From Bacillota bacterium (GTDB taxonomy: Bacteria; Bacillota; Limnochordia; Limnochordales; ZCTH02-B6), in assembly GCA_017656145.1 (NCBI GenBank), contig JACDOI010000007.1:11047-75046 (forward strand): a DNA stretch of 64,000 nucleotides, read 5' to 3'. Shown here one piece after another: positions 39,027 to 48,217 of this stretch. The notes below the pieces were generated by a model, which saw only the letters and a program-made list of their open reading frames with translations, was not told the DNA's origin and did no database searches. Each line of letters starts with the position of its first letter. Position 1 is the first letter of the stretch. A program made the translations under genes and the position numbers.

Positions 39027-40537
39027 CAGCCAGCGCGGGCAGCATGTACGAACGGGCCGCCGCGGCGGTGCGGGACTCCCGCCTCGGGGAGGCGGTGCGC
39101 CGGACGACTGACAGCCTCCGGACCGGACGCCGCCGGGCCGTCCGCAACATGGACGACTTTGAGGCGCTGCGGGAACACGCCCGCCGGATTCGCGCCCACA
39201 CCGTCGACCATTTGGACTACTACCTGGCCCAGCTGGCCGGGCGGGTACGGGAAGCGGGTGGGCACGTTTTCTTCGCGCGCACCGCGCGGGATGCGATAGA
39301 TTACGTCTTGGAGGTGGCCCAGCGCCACCGCGTCCGGACCGTCGTCAAGTCCAAGTCGATGATCTCCGAAGAACTGGAGCTCAACGCCTACCTGGCAAAG
39401 CGGGGAATCCGGGCGGTGGAGACGGATCTTGGCGAGTACATCGTCCAGCTAGGCGGCGACAGACCGGCGCATCTGATCACCCCCGCCCTCCACAAAAGCC
39501 GGGCCGAAATCGTCCGGCTGTTTGAACAGGAGGCGGGGCATCCCCTGTCACCCGATACCCAATCTCTGACCGCCTTTGCCCGCGCCCGGTTGCGGCAGGA
39601 GTTTCTGCGTGCCGACATGGGCATTACAGGATGCAACTTTGCCGTGGCGGAAACCGGATCCATCTGCCTCGTCACCAATGAGGGCAACGGGCGCATGGTG
39701 ACCTCCCTGCCCCGGGTGCAGGTTACCCTGATGGGCATGGAGCGCATTGTGCCAACCTTGGACGATCTGGACGTCATGCTGGAACTGTTGGCCCGCAGCG
39801 CGACCGGGCAAAAGCTGACCGTCTACACCAATCTCATCACCGGCCCCCGTCGGCCCGGCGAAACCGACGGCCCGGAAGAGTTGCACCTGGTCATCGTCGA
39901 CAACGGGCGCTCTCACCTGTTGGGAAGCGAATTCCAAGAAGCGCTCCACTGCATCCGCTGCGGCGCATGCCAAAACGTGTGCCCGGTCTACCGGCACATC
40001 GGCGGCCACGCCTACGGATGGGTGTACGGGGGTCCTATCGGGGCTGTCATCACACCTCTGCTGCGTGGGGTACCCGAGTGGGGCCAATTGGCCGAAGCCT
40101 CAAGCCTTTGTGCCGCCTGCACCGAGGTGTGTCCCGTCAAGATCCCCTTGCACGACATGCTCATCGGCTTGCGGCACCGAGTGCGAGAGCAAGGCCGCGC
40201 CCCGCTTTTGTACCGGGCGCTGTTCCGGCTCTGGGCAAATGCTGTCGCGGATTCGCGCCGCTTCGGCCTGGCCTTGCGGCTTTGGCGCATTTTGCAACGT
40301 CCCTTCGTCCGCGACAACTATTGGCGCTGGGCTCCCCCGCCCTTGTCGCGCTGGCTTGCCGAGCGCGATCTGCCGGCGGTGGCGCCCCGCTCTTTCCGCG
40401 AGTGGTGGCAGACTCGGGAGGCAGGCAGCCCGGACAGTCCTTCCTCAAACCGGCCCGTCAGGTCTTCGCATGCGACAGGGACACAGCATCCGGGCGCCGG
40501 TTGCAAAAGCCCCCACGGAGGAGAGATGCATGAGTGA
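39023..40537 (+). CDS. lutB: L-lactate utilisation protein B (4Fe-4S, LUD domain)
   Basis: CIRCGACQNVCPV and CAACTEVCPV. ATGA overlap with lutA. Confidence 0.85.
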   Translation: MTASAGSMYERAAAAVRDSRLGEAVRRTTDSLRTGRRRAVRNMDDFEALREHARRIRAHTVDHLDYYLAQLAGRVREAGGHVFFARTARDAIDYVLEVAQRHRVRTVVKSKSMISEELELNAYLAKRGIRAVETDLGEYIVQLGGDRPAHLITPALHKSRAEIVRLFEQEAGHPLSPDTQSLTAFARARLRQEFLRADMGITGCNFAVAETGSICLVTNEGNGRMVTSLPRVQVTLMGMERIVPTLDDLDVMLELLARSATGQKLTVYTNLITGPRRPGETDGPEELHLVIVDNGRSHLLGSEFQEALHCIRCGACQNVCPVYRHIGGHAYGWVYGGPIGAVITPLLRGVPEWGQLAEASSLCAACTEVCPVKIPLHDMLIGLRHRVREQGRAPLLYRALFRLWANAVADSRRFGLALRLWRILQRPFVRDNYWRWAPPPLSRWLAERDLPAVAPRSFREWWQTREAGSPDSPSSNRPVRSSHATGTQHPGAGCKSPHGGEMHE

Positions 40538-41328
40538 GCAGCCACGGTGTTCCTTCCCGCAAGGTTCCCCAGGACCAAGAGGCGTTTCTTGCCCATCTCC
40601 GGTCCCGCCTCACCTCGGTTGAAAAGGCGCCCCATCCGGGGCGGTGGCGAGGGCGGGATTACGACGACCCGCCGGCCGCCCCGCCGGGCGTCGAGCCGGC
40701 AGCCGGCGAAACCGATCGGCTCATCGACCGTTTTTCCCGTGAACTTTCTGCCGTCGGCGGCAAGGCAACGCTTGTCAGCAACCCAGAGGATCTCAAGATC
40801 TTCCTGCAGGCGCTGACCGGATCCCGAAATGTCCGAACCGCCGTGCGGGACTCGCACCCATGGTGGTTCGATCCTTCCTGCTCGCTCGACGCTCGGCTCC
40901 CGGAGCGGCATGCCCGCACCGGGTGGCTGCAGGCGCTGGAAGATTGCGGGCTTGAGGTGGTCGCGGCTGATGCAAGCCGGGACACCGTCGCCGCCGCGGA
41001 CATAGGCATCACCTGGGCCGACTGGGGCATCGCGGAGACGGGCAGCCTCGTGCTGCTTTCCGGCGAGGGGCGCTCCCGGGTGGCCAGCCTCCTGCCCCCG
41101 GTCCACGTGGCGCTCTTGCCGGCCCATCGCATCGCGGCCACCCGCGCTCAGGTCTTTGCCCGCCTGCGGGAACATTTCCCGCCCCCGGCCTGGCCGGCCA
41201 ACGCCGTCCTCGTCACCGGGCCCAGCCGGACCGCGGACATCGAAAACGACCTATCCATCGGCGTCCACGGTCCGGCCGAAGTGCACGTTCTCATCGTTTC
41301 GCCGCCAGGCGTTGCGGAAAACGATTGA
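40534..41328 (+). CDS. lutC: L-lactate utilisation protein C (LUD domain)
   Basis: GTGA overlap with lutB. ITWADWGIAETGSLVL and HVALLPAHRI. Confidence 0.8.
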   Translation: MSSHGVPSRKVPQDQEAFLAHLRSRLTSVEKAPHPGRWRGRDYDDPPAAPPGVEPAAGETDRLIDRFSRELSAVGGKATLVSNPEDLKIFLQALTGSRNVRTAVRDSHPWWFDPSCSLDARLPERHARTGWLQALEDCGLEVVAADASRDTVAAADIGITWADWGIAETGSLVLLSGEGRSRVASLLPPVHVALLPAHRIAATRAQVFARLREHFPPPAWPANAVLVTGPSRTADIENDLSIGVHGPAEVHVLIVSPPGVAEND

Positions 41329-41340
41329 CGGCGTTGCCGC

Positions 41341-43341
41341 TCACCGGACCGGCGACGTTGCCCCGGGGGCCGGCAGATCGGGTCTCAACCGTTGCCAGAT
41401 GATGACGAGGGCCAGCAGCGCGATGCCGGCCGCGTCGCTCCACGCCGCCGAGTACGTCAGCAGCAGGCCTCCGCCGATCAAGGCGACGCGCTCCCACAAG
41501 GCGGTCGGCCGCAAGAGCCACCCGCCAAGCCCCGTCGCCAGCGCGATCACCCCGAGCACCGAGGTGCCGACGGCCAAGATGACCTGCAACGGCTCGCCGA
41601 CCAACAGGAGCGCCACGCCCGACGGATTCAGGCTGAACATGAACGGAACGATGAACGCCGGCAAAGCGTACCGCCACGTCGTCCACATGATGCGGTACGG
41701 ATTGCCGCCTGTAATGGCCGACACCGCAAAGCACGCCAGCGCCGTCGGCGGCGAAACCTCCGAAAGCACCGAGTAGTAGAAAATGAACATGTGCGCGGCG
41801 ACCTCCGGCACCCCGATTTGGACAAGGGCCGGCGCAACGATGACCGCCGCGACGATATACGACGCGGTGATGGGCAGCGCAAGGCCCAGGATGAGCAAAA
41901 CGACCGCGGCGAACACGAGCGTCAGGAACAAGTTGCCGCCGGCCATGCCGATAATGATCGACGAGAACTTCAAGCCCAGGCCGGTCAAGTTGACCACGCC
42001 GACGATAATCCCGGCGACGGCCGTCGTCGCGACTACCGAGAGCACCGCCCGGGCGCCGGCATCGAAGGCATCGAGCAACCGCCGGGGACGAAGGGCCGTC
42101 TCGGGCCGGATGAAGCTGACCGCGACGGCCAGCGCCATGGACCAGATCACGGCGTACGCGGCCGTGTATCCCATCATCAAAAAGACAACGATGGCAAACA
42201 GCGACGTGAGGTGAAACCCGTAGCGGCGGACAAGCTCACCCACCGGCGGAGCGGCGATTTCAACCCGGCGCGTGCCGAGCCTGGCGGAGTCGACTTCGAT
42301 GGTGATCAAGATGCACAGATAATACAGGATCGTCGGCACGAGGACGTACCGGATCACCTCGAGATACGACACCTGCAAGATCTCCGCGATGATGAACGAG
42401 GCCGCGCCCATGATGGGCGGTGAGATGACTGCCCCAATGCCGCCGGCGGAAAGGATCGCGCCTGCGGTGATCGGGGTGTAGCCGGCCTGGCGCAACATGG
42501 GCCAGGTAACAGCACCCAGCGTCACCGCGGTCGCGACACCGCTTCCCGACGGTCCGCCGAGCAGAAACGATCCGATGGTGACCGCCCTGCCCGCGCCCGA
42601 TCGGCGCCCGCCGGTCAGCGCGAGGGAGAGGTCCACGAAAAACTTGCCCGCTCCGGACGCGTCGAGGATCGCTCCGTAGATGGTGAACAAAATGATGAAC
42701 GATGCCGAAACGCCCAGCGGAACCCCGAAGATGCCCTCGGTGGAAAGGTAGAGTTGCCCGACCAAACGGCTCAGGCTGTAGCCGCGATGCTGCCACAGGC
42801 CCGGCAAGTGCGGTCCCAAAAAAGCGTAGGCGATAAACGCAAGGGCGATGAGGGGAAGAAAGATCCCTGTCGTCCGCCGCGACGCTTCAAGCACGAGCAC
42901 CAGCGCAACAACGCCCCAAAGCAGATCCGTGTCGCTTGGCCGAACGATGCGGTAGGCCACTTCCTGAAAATTCAGCACCATGTATCCCAAGGCGACTACA
43001 CTGGCGATAGCCAACACGGCATCCCACACGGGCAAGCGCGTCCGTTTGGCGCGACCTGTCCCCGGATACAGGAGGAAGATGAGCAGCAAGCCCAACCCCA
43101 GGTGCACGGCCCGCAGCTGCTGGGCCGGAATGTACGCGAGGGCGGCCCACAGGTGAAACACCGCCATGAGCACCGCGATGCTCCACACGATCCAGCGCAG
43201 CGCGCCCTGAAATCGCCGGGTCGCGCCTTCGTACTCTTCGATCAGCTCCTCGACTTGCCGCTCGTCCAATTGTTCTCCGTTGGGCTCGGGGCCTTTGTTG
43301 AACCCTTCGTTAACGTCGCTGCGATCGCGGGAACCGGACAC
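41341..43341 (-). CDS. TRAP transporter fused permease (TAXI type)
   Basis: 666-aa polytopic protein. N-terminal EELIEEYEGATRRFQG is typical of the fused 4TM/12TM permease. Confidence 0.85.
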   Translation of the reverse strand: MSGSRDRSDVNEGFNKGPEPNGEQLDERQVEELIEEYEGATRRFQGALRWIVWSIAVLMAVFHLWAALAYIPAQQLRAVHLGLGLLLIFLLYPGTGRAKRTRLPVWDAVLAIASVVALGYMVLNFQEVAYRIVRPSDTDLLWGVVALVLVLEASRRTTGIFLPLIALAFIAYAFLGPHLPGLWQHRGYSLSRLVGQLYLSTEGIFGVPLGVSASFIILFTIYGAILDASGAGKFFVDLSLALTGGRRSGAGRAVTIGSFLLGGPSGSGVATAVTLGAVTWPMLRQAGYTPITAGAILSAGGIGAVISPPIMGAASFIIAEILQVSYLEVIRYVLVPTILYYLCILITIEVDSARLGTRRVEIAAPPVGELVRRYGFHLTSLFAIVVFLMMGYTAAYAVIWSMALAVAVSFIRPETALRPRRLLDAFDAGARAVLSVVATTAVAGIIVGVVNLTGLGLKFSSIIIGMAGGNLFLTLVFAAVVLLILGLALPITASYIVAAVIVAPALVQIGVPEVAAHMFIFYYSVLSEVSPPTALACFAVSAITGGNPYRIMWTTWRYALPAFIVPFMFSLNPSGVALLLVGEPLQVILAVGTSVLGVIALATGLGGWLLRPTALWERVALIGGGLLLTYSAAWSDAAGIALLALVIIWQRLRPDLPAPGATSPVR

Positions 43342-43862
43342 GTAGACAGCACATCCTTCCCCGGCAAGGTTTGCCGCAACACGCTATACAGCCACCGGGC
43401 CGATGGAACCCGTCTCCACCCAAGCTCAACGACGTCGCCCAAAGCGGCCAGCGATACGCAGTGCCCGCCTACGACGAGGCTGCGCCGCCCCAGCGCCGTA
43501 GCGCGCATTCGGACCGGAGCACGGACAATTGGATCCCCGGCGGGCACGAGCCGGTAGCGGCCTCCCGACGCCTCCAAGCGACCGTGCGGAAAAGCATAGT
43601 AGCCGTCAATGCGCTCGGTCGTGGAGATCACCTCGACCAGGGCGAATCCGCCGGGCGCAATGCGCAACCTCTCCTCTACCGGCGCCCCAAAGATCGAATG
43701 GAGATAGCGGACTCCGAACGACGCCCCCGGCAACAGCGGCGCCTCATACAAGGGAACCGCCGGCCCGTCGGAACGCTGCCCGGAAACGACTTGCAAAACC
43801 GGCAGAGGCCAAAGGCTTACGGCGAGGAGCGCCATGGCGAAGAGCCCGTGGCGTCTCCTCAT
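43242..43862 (-). CDS. DUF1850 domain protein
   Basis: ATG 43862. Lies between the TAXI binding protein and the permease, as is usual for DUF1850. The ORF tail overlaps the permease start by 100 nt. Confidence 0.65.
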   Translation of the reverse strand: MRRRHGLFAMALLAVSLWPLPVLQVVSGQRSDGPAVPLYEAPLLPGASFGVRYLHSIFGAPVEERLRIAPGGFALVEVISTTERIDGYYAFPHGRLEASGGRYRLVPAGDPIVRAPVRMRATALGRRSLVVGGHCVSLAALGDVVELGWRRVPSARWLYSVLRQTLPGKDVLSTCPVPAIAATLTKGSTKAPSPTENNWTSGKSRS

Positions 43863-43942
43863 CGCAAAAGAATGTCGCAAGCCCTTCACCAACCGCATGC
43901 ACCGGTGCTGCGGGGTTTTGGGCCGGGCTACGTCCAAAAGGG

Positions 43943-44935
43943 TTACTCGCCCGGCCAGACGCCCATTTCTTTGTAGTACCGGATCGCCCCCGGATGATAC
44001 GGAGCGACCTGCGAGGTGGGCGCCCCCTCCAACGTGATCAGCTGGGCCGAGGGGTGGACTGCGTCCAGCTCGCTTTTGTGCTCAAATATCGCGCGCACGA
44101 TCCGGTAGGCCAGTTCCTCGTCCATGTCGGCGTGGACGACGAGCATGTTGGGCACCGCCACCGTCGGCGTGTCTTCCTTCACATCGCCGGAATAAAAGCC
44201 CGCCCGGAACGTGGCCACCGAATAAAACGGCCCGTGCTCGGCAATCAACTGCTCGACGATCTCGCCCATGGGAACGATGAAAATGTCGAAGCGGGGCGAG
44301 TTGGCCACGTCCGAAACGGCGCCGGTGGGATATCCGCCCGACCAGAAGAACGCGTCGATGCGCCCGTCCCGCAGCGCGTCGGCCGACTCGGCCGCACCGA
44401 GCAGTTCCCGGCGAATGTCCCGGTCCGGGTCGAGCCCGTATGCCCGAAGAATCCGAAGGGCCGTCACTTCGGTGCCGCTGCCGGGCGAACCGGTGGAGAC
44501 CCGCTTCCCCTTGAGATCTGTAACGCTCCGGATGCCCGAATCCGCGGTTGTGACCAGGTGGTTGAAGTTGGGATAGATGGCAGCCAGGGCCCGAAGCGGT
44601 ATGGGACCCGTCGTGCCGGCGAACGGGCCCTCGCCTCTGACCGCCAGATACACGGTGTCGGACAGGGCGAAGGCAATGTCGGCCTCCTTGGATTCGATAA
44701 GGTAAATGTTGTCGACCGATGCCGAGGTCACTTCAGCCACCGCGTTCACATCGGGCAGATGGCGGGTTAACAGCTCGGCCAGCCCGCCGCCGACCACGTA
44801 GTACACGCCGCCGGTCCCCCCGGTAACAACGCTCAGTTGGACCTGCTGCGCCGCTGCCACCGGGCCGAAAACGACCGTAACTGCGAGGACGAGCAGCGCA
44901 AGAAGGGTCAGGCGAATTTTCGGCAACGTTCTCAC
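43943..44935 (-). CDS. TAXI-family TRAP transporter solute-binding protein
   Basis: Signal peptide followed by LSVVTGGTGGVYYVVGGGLAELL. Confidence 0.85.
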   Translation of the reverse strand: MRTLPKIRLTLLALLVLAVTVVFGPVAAAQQVQLSVVTGGTGGVYYVVGGGLAELLTRHLPDVNAVAEVTSASVDNIYLIESKEADIAFALSDTVYLAVRGEGPFAGTTGPIPLRALAAIYPNFNHLVTTADSGIRSVTDLKGKRVSTGSPGSGTEVTALRILRAYGLDPDRDIRRELLGAAESADALRDGRIDAFFWSGGYPTGAVSDVANSPRFDIFIVPMGEIVEQLIAEHGPFYSVATFRAGFYSGDVKEDTPTVAVPNMLVVHADMDEELAYRIVRAIFEHKSELDAVHPSAQLITLEGAPTSQVAPYHPGAIRYYKEMGVWPGE

Positions 44936-45043
44936 CTCGTTTCACGGGGATTGTTTGCCGAACAGTCCCGCAACCGGCGGATTCGGACCGATGATGCAGG
45001 CCACCACCGGCGTTCATCCTTACATGTCGCGATTCGGCCATCG

Positions 45044-45071
45044 TTTTGATAACTCCTGCAGCTTATCAAAA
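45044..45071. promoter_or_regulatory. Perfect 9-bp inverted repeat, candidate operator of the TAXI-TRAP operon
   Basis: TTTTGATAA-N10-TTATCAAAA in an AT-rich stretch about 110 nt upstream of the TAXI gene start. Confidence 0.35.
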
Positions 45072-45200
45072 TATTATCCTGCTATGTAACACTTCTTTCT
45101 CGGCCGTGCCGACGAGCTTGCGCTTTAAAATTGCGCAGCGTTGCGAATCAAAAACAGACCACCGCGGCTTTGCAAGGGCCTGCTGCGCGACAGAAAGACG

Positions 45201-45611
45201 TTAAACGTTCGCGCCCCGTTCCCGCTCTCGCAGAGCGGCTCGACGCACCGTCAACTTCGCGATTCTCGCATCCCCGGTCCCGGTTTGATCGCTAAAACGG
45301 AGGCGCACGTAGTCGACCGTCCAGCCTTTCTCAGGGTCGTAAAGCGTCGCCCGGCACCGTTCGACCACCAAGAGGGCGGCTTCGACCATTGCGGGACTGC
45401 CGGTCCGTAGCCGGCGGGACATCCGGCTATCAAACAGAATAAGAGCGTTATTGGCATCCAAGTAACACCATGCGACGGGATGTGGCCTTTCCGGAATGGC
45501 TCGAATTCTTCCCGGTGCTTTTCTCTCGATCTTGTCGGGCTGGGCCATGAGCGGCGCCACATATGCGTGGGACACTCCCTGGCTCGGCCTTTTCGCCTGG
45601 GTCCCGGCCAT
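45201..45611 (-). CDS. Hypothetical protein
   Basis: 136-aa ORF, no family recognised. Its 5' part overlaps the predicted lnt start, so its extent and reality are uncertain. Confidence 0.3.
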   Translation of the reverse strand: MAGTQAKRPSQGVSHAYVAPLMAQPDKIERKAPGRIRAIPERPHPVAWCYLDANNALILFDSRMSRRLRTGSPAMVEAALLVVERCRATLYDPEKGWTVDYVRLRFSDQTGTGDARIAKLTVRRAALRERERGANV

Positions 45612-46971
45612 CGTCGCCCAGCACGCAATCTGGCCCCGCGCGCTGCAAGGCGTGGCGATGGGACTAGCATGGTTTAGCTACTTGGGCATCAATCTCGTGC
45701 CGAAACTCATGCCCGAAATCGGATTGTGGGTGTGGGCCCTTCCCGCCGCGGTCGGGATTGTGTCCGCGATCCTCGAGCAGCAGACGGTGACCAGGGCGCA
45801 GTCCGATGATTACCGCTCGTTTTGGTGGCAAACCGCCTTCGCCTACACGGCCGTGGAAATGGGCCGCTCCTTCATTCCCGGCGTTGCGACGTGGGCCGCC
45901 GTCGGCTACAGTGTGATCGCCTCGCCCGGATGGAGCCTTGCCGCAAGTTGGATCGGCATCTTCGGGTTGTCCTTGGGTGTTTGGGCCAGCAACTTCGCCT
46001 TGGCGCATCTATTGCTCATCGCCTATCGAAGGGCTCCGTGGCACCGCTCCACGGGAATGGCCGCCGTCCTTGTCGTCGCGATAGCCTTCGGCTTGCTCTT
46101 GGTACCGAGCTCCGCACCGCCCGCTGACCGGCCGACCCTGCGGGTCGCCGCCATTCAGCCGGGGTTTGACTTGTATGAAGGGGAGTGGAACACTCGCCGG
46201 CTCGCGGGCGATGACATGAGCCTCTCCCGGGATCTGATGTCCCTCGGTTTCACGTACTCAAGAGAAGCCGTCGCGCAAGGCGCACGCCTCATCGTCTGGC
46301 CCGAGGGCTTTCTGCGGGTCATCCCCCAAGACCACCCTGAATTTAAGGACAAACTGGAGAACTTTGCCCGGGAAACGGGTGTAACCCTGGCGGTCGGGTA
46401 CGCGGTGGAAACGCCGGCGGGCCGGCGCAACGAGGTAGCCATGATCACGCCTGAAGCCGATTGGTTGATTACGGGCAAAGCCCACCCCGTCCCATGGGCC
46501 GAAACGGGAAGCGTGACTCGGGGCCAAGTGGCGAGCCTCGCCCTCGATGGGTACCGTGTCGGCTCCATGATCTGTTTCGACGCGGACTATACGGATACGA
46601 CCCGGGCAAGAGCACGGGAAGGTGCACGCCTGCTCGCGGCGCCGGCTCACGATTGGCCCGCGATCGGGCGGGCGCGCGCGGTTCACTTGCGGGCGAGGGC
46701 TGCGGAAAACCGCCTCCCCATCGTGATGGCGGATTGGATGGTCGGCTCTGCGGCCGTGGATGCTCGCGGCCGCATCATCGCGCACATGCCCTTCTACGAG
46801 AAATCGCCAGGTGTCATGATTGTCGACGTACCCGTGGGCGACGGAGGCGTCACGCCTTACGCTAACGCCGGCGACATCGCGGGTTGGCTGAGTATCTGCG
46901 CCACAATCTTTTTCTTGCTGCGCAGCGGGAGGGCACAAAGGAGACGGCCACGGCCTCAGACTCCGTCCTAG
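45496..46971 (+). CDS. lnt: Apolipoprotein N-acyltransferase
   Basis: N-terminal multi-TM region plus a C-N hydrolase domain. Triad context: LIVWPEGFL (Glu), GKAHPVPWAE (Lys), MICFDADY (Cys). Start could be 45496 or 45547. Confidence 0.7.
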   Translation: MARILPGAFLSILSGWAMSGATYAWDTPWLGLFAWVPAIVAQHAIWPRALQGVAMGLAWFSYLGINLVPKLMPEIGLWVWALPAAVGIVSAILEQQTVTRAQSDDYRSFWWQTAFAYTAVEMGRSFIPGVATWAAVGYSVIASPGWSLAASWIGIFGLSLGVWASNFALAHLLLIAYRRAPWHRSTGMAAVLVVAIAFGLLLVPSSAPPADRPTLRVAAIQPGFDLYEGEWNTRRLAGDDMSLSRDLMSLGFTYSREAVAQGARLIVWPEGFLRVIPQDHPEFKDKLENFARETGVTLAVGYAVETPAGRRNEVAMITPEADWLITGKAHPVPWAETGSVTRGQVASLALDGYRVGSMICFDADYTDTTRARAREGARLLAAPAHDWPAIGRARAVHLRARAAENRLPIVMADWMVGSAAVDARGRIIAHMPFYEKSPGVMIVDVPVGDGGVTPYANAGDIAGWLSICATIFFLLRSGRAQRRRPRPQTPS

Positions 46972-47082
46972 GTTCGTCCCGCGCTATCGGGCGCCATCGA
47001 AATCCAACAAGATCACGCGCTTTCCTGCTGGGATGCCATGATCGTACGCAGCGCTCAACGTCTTAGGTGCAGTGTGCTGCTC

Positions 47083-47468
47083 TCAGAAGACCTGAACCAT
47101 GGCCAACAGTACGGTACCGTCACCGTAAGAAACCCATTCATCATCAGTCAAGAACCGAAGAGCTCCCCCTGAGGGAATTGAATGGCAGCGCTGCAAGCCT
47201 GTATGGGTCAAAACGGATCGACCGTGACCAAGCCCGGCTTGCCGTAGTGCGCAGCATAACTGATTTGCAGCATCGCCCGACCGACAATCGGGACGTCGTT
47301 GCCTACTCCGGTGCGGAGCTCGCTCTTCAATGCTTCCGGCGACCGACGAAGCCGTTACCCACATCGGCAGAGGTGTAGTTGCTGGGACGTGCCGATAAAT
47401 TGGGCAATGGCGCGCACGGGCAGGTGCTGACCCCATCGCAGCCGAAGGCTCTTCTTGAGCCTGCGCAT
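47083..47468 (-). pseudogene. Possible IS-type (IS3/IS481-like) transposase N-terminal HTH remnant
   Basis: ATG 47468 lies 7 nt after AAGGAGG and gives MRRLKKSLRLRWGQHLPVRAIAQFIGTS, then a stop at 47355. A shifted frame continues ...TTPLPMWVTAS...HRSRQRRP. No DDE domain follows. Assignment is weak. Confidence 0.3.
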
Positions 47469-47870
47469 GGATAGCCTCCTTCGGGAAAAGTGACTCAAGG
47501 GGATAGATCACAGATGTTGAAGGCGCGACGCCGCTTTCTCTCCGATTCCATCAGCGACAAGGCCCTCAGACAGTTTGCCCGGGGCGTTTGTCTTTTGCAT
47601 CCGATACCCGTCGAAGTCCATATGCGCGGTGTCGACTACATATACTGGGCTATCCTCGGTGGCAAATGGCGCGGGGATCCCGCGGCCCTTCGAAAACACT
47701 TCCCCGACCCGCTCGCCTTAGTTGCGCCCATGCGGGCTGCGCGCTCGGTAATGGAACCCCTGTTCGCACCCGCCAAGCCGCCGGCCCAACCCTCGGAAGC
47801 CGAAAAGCCAAGCCCTGTGATCGTCACGCTCTTGTCTGTGCCGGGGTTAGCGTCGTCAAACCGGGCATCG

Positions 47871-48032
47871 GCCCAAATCCCTCATAGGTAGGCTCGAAAC
47901 GCTGTTCCGAGTGCACGTCAAGAGCAACAAAAAAAGGTTTCCATCCCTCATAGGTAGGCTCGAAACGGACGGCGAGCTGCACGTGACGCTCATCCGACCT
48001 ATGTTTCCATCCCTCATAGGTAGGCTCGAAAC
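47871..48032 (-). CRISPR. CRISPR array 1: 3 repeats, 2 spacers
   Basis: Repeat GTTTCCATCCCTCATAGGTAGGCTCGAAAC at 47937-47966 and 48003-48032. Degenerate outer copy GCCCAAATCCCTC... at 47871-47900. Both spacers are 36 bp. Strand is inferred from the degenerate repeat at the left end and the minus-strand repeat ending ATGGAAAC. Confidence 0.9.
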
Positions 48033-48217
48033 CAACCGAAAGCCCATGATGACGCCGTTTTTTCAGATCGGGTGCAACGCCCAGCACGTGCATCCAGAGA
48101 AGGACCCGATGCCCTCTCGTTCCCTTTATGACAGCGTTTGTCGCTTCTTGCAAGCTGTTGTCGACCCCCCGGGGCTTTTGCACGACCGGGGGTCGACAGC
48201 GCGGCTCAGAGCATCAG
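48033..48217 (-). promoter_or_regulatory. Array-flanking conserved region, copy 1 (putative leader)
   Basis: About three-quarters identical by eye to 51445-51627. Minus-strand promoter-like TTGCAA (48148-48153), 17 nt, CATAAA (48125-48130). GC hairpin at 48160-48197. Confidence 0.45.

Noticed and set aside
43242-43341. The 100-nt overlap between the DUF1850 ORF tail and the TRAP permease start as a programmed coupling or a frameshift
   Set aside because: The DUF1850 homology-like region ends well before the overlap. The tail is probably just an open frame in GC-rich DNA, or the permease uses the annotated start. There is no evidence of a lesion.
47824-48183. ORFs running through the CRISPR arrays (47824-48183, 47856-48047, 47911-48435, 50944-51153, 51090-51287, 51157-51504, 51275-51520)
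   Set aside because: Their translations are periodic repeats (e.g. ...SSLPMRDGN... / ...FPSLIGRLET...) produced by translating the 30-bp repeat. They are not genes.
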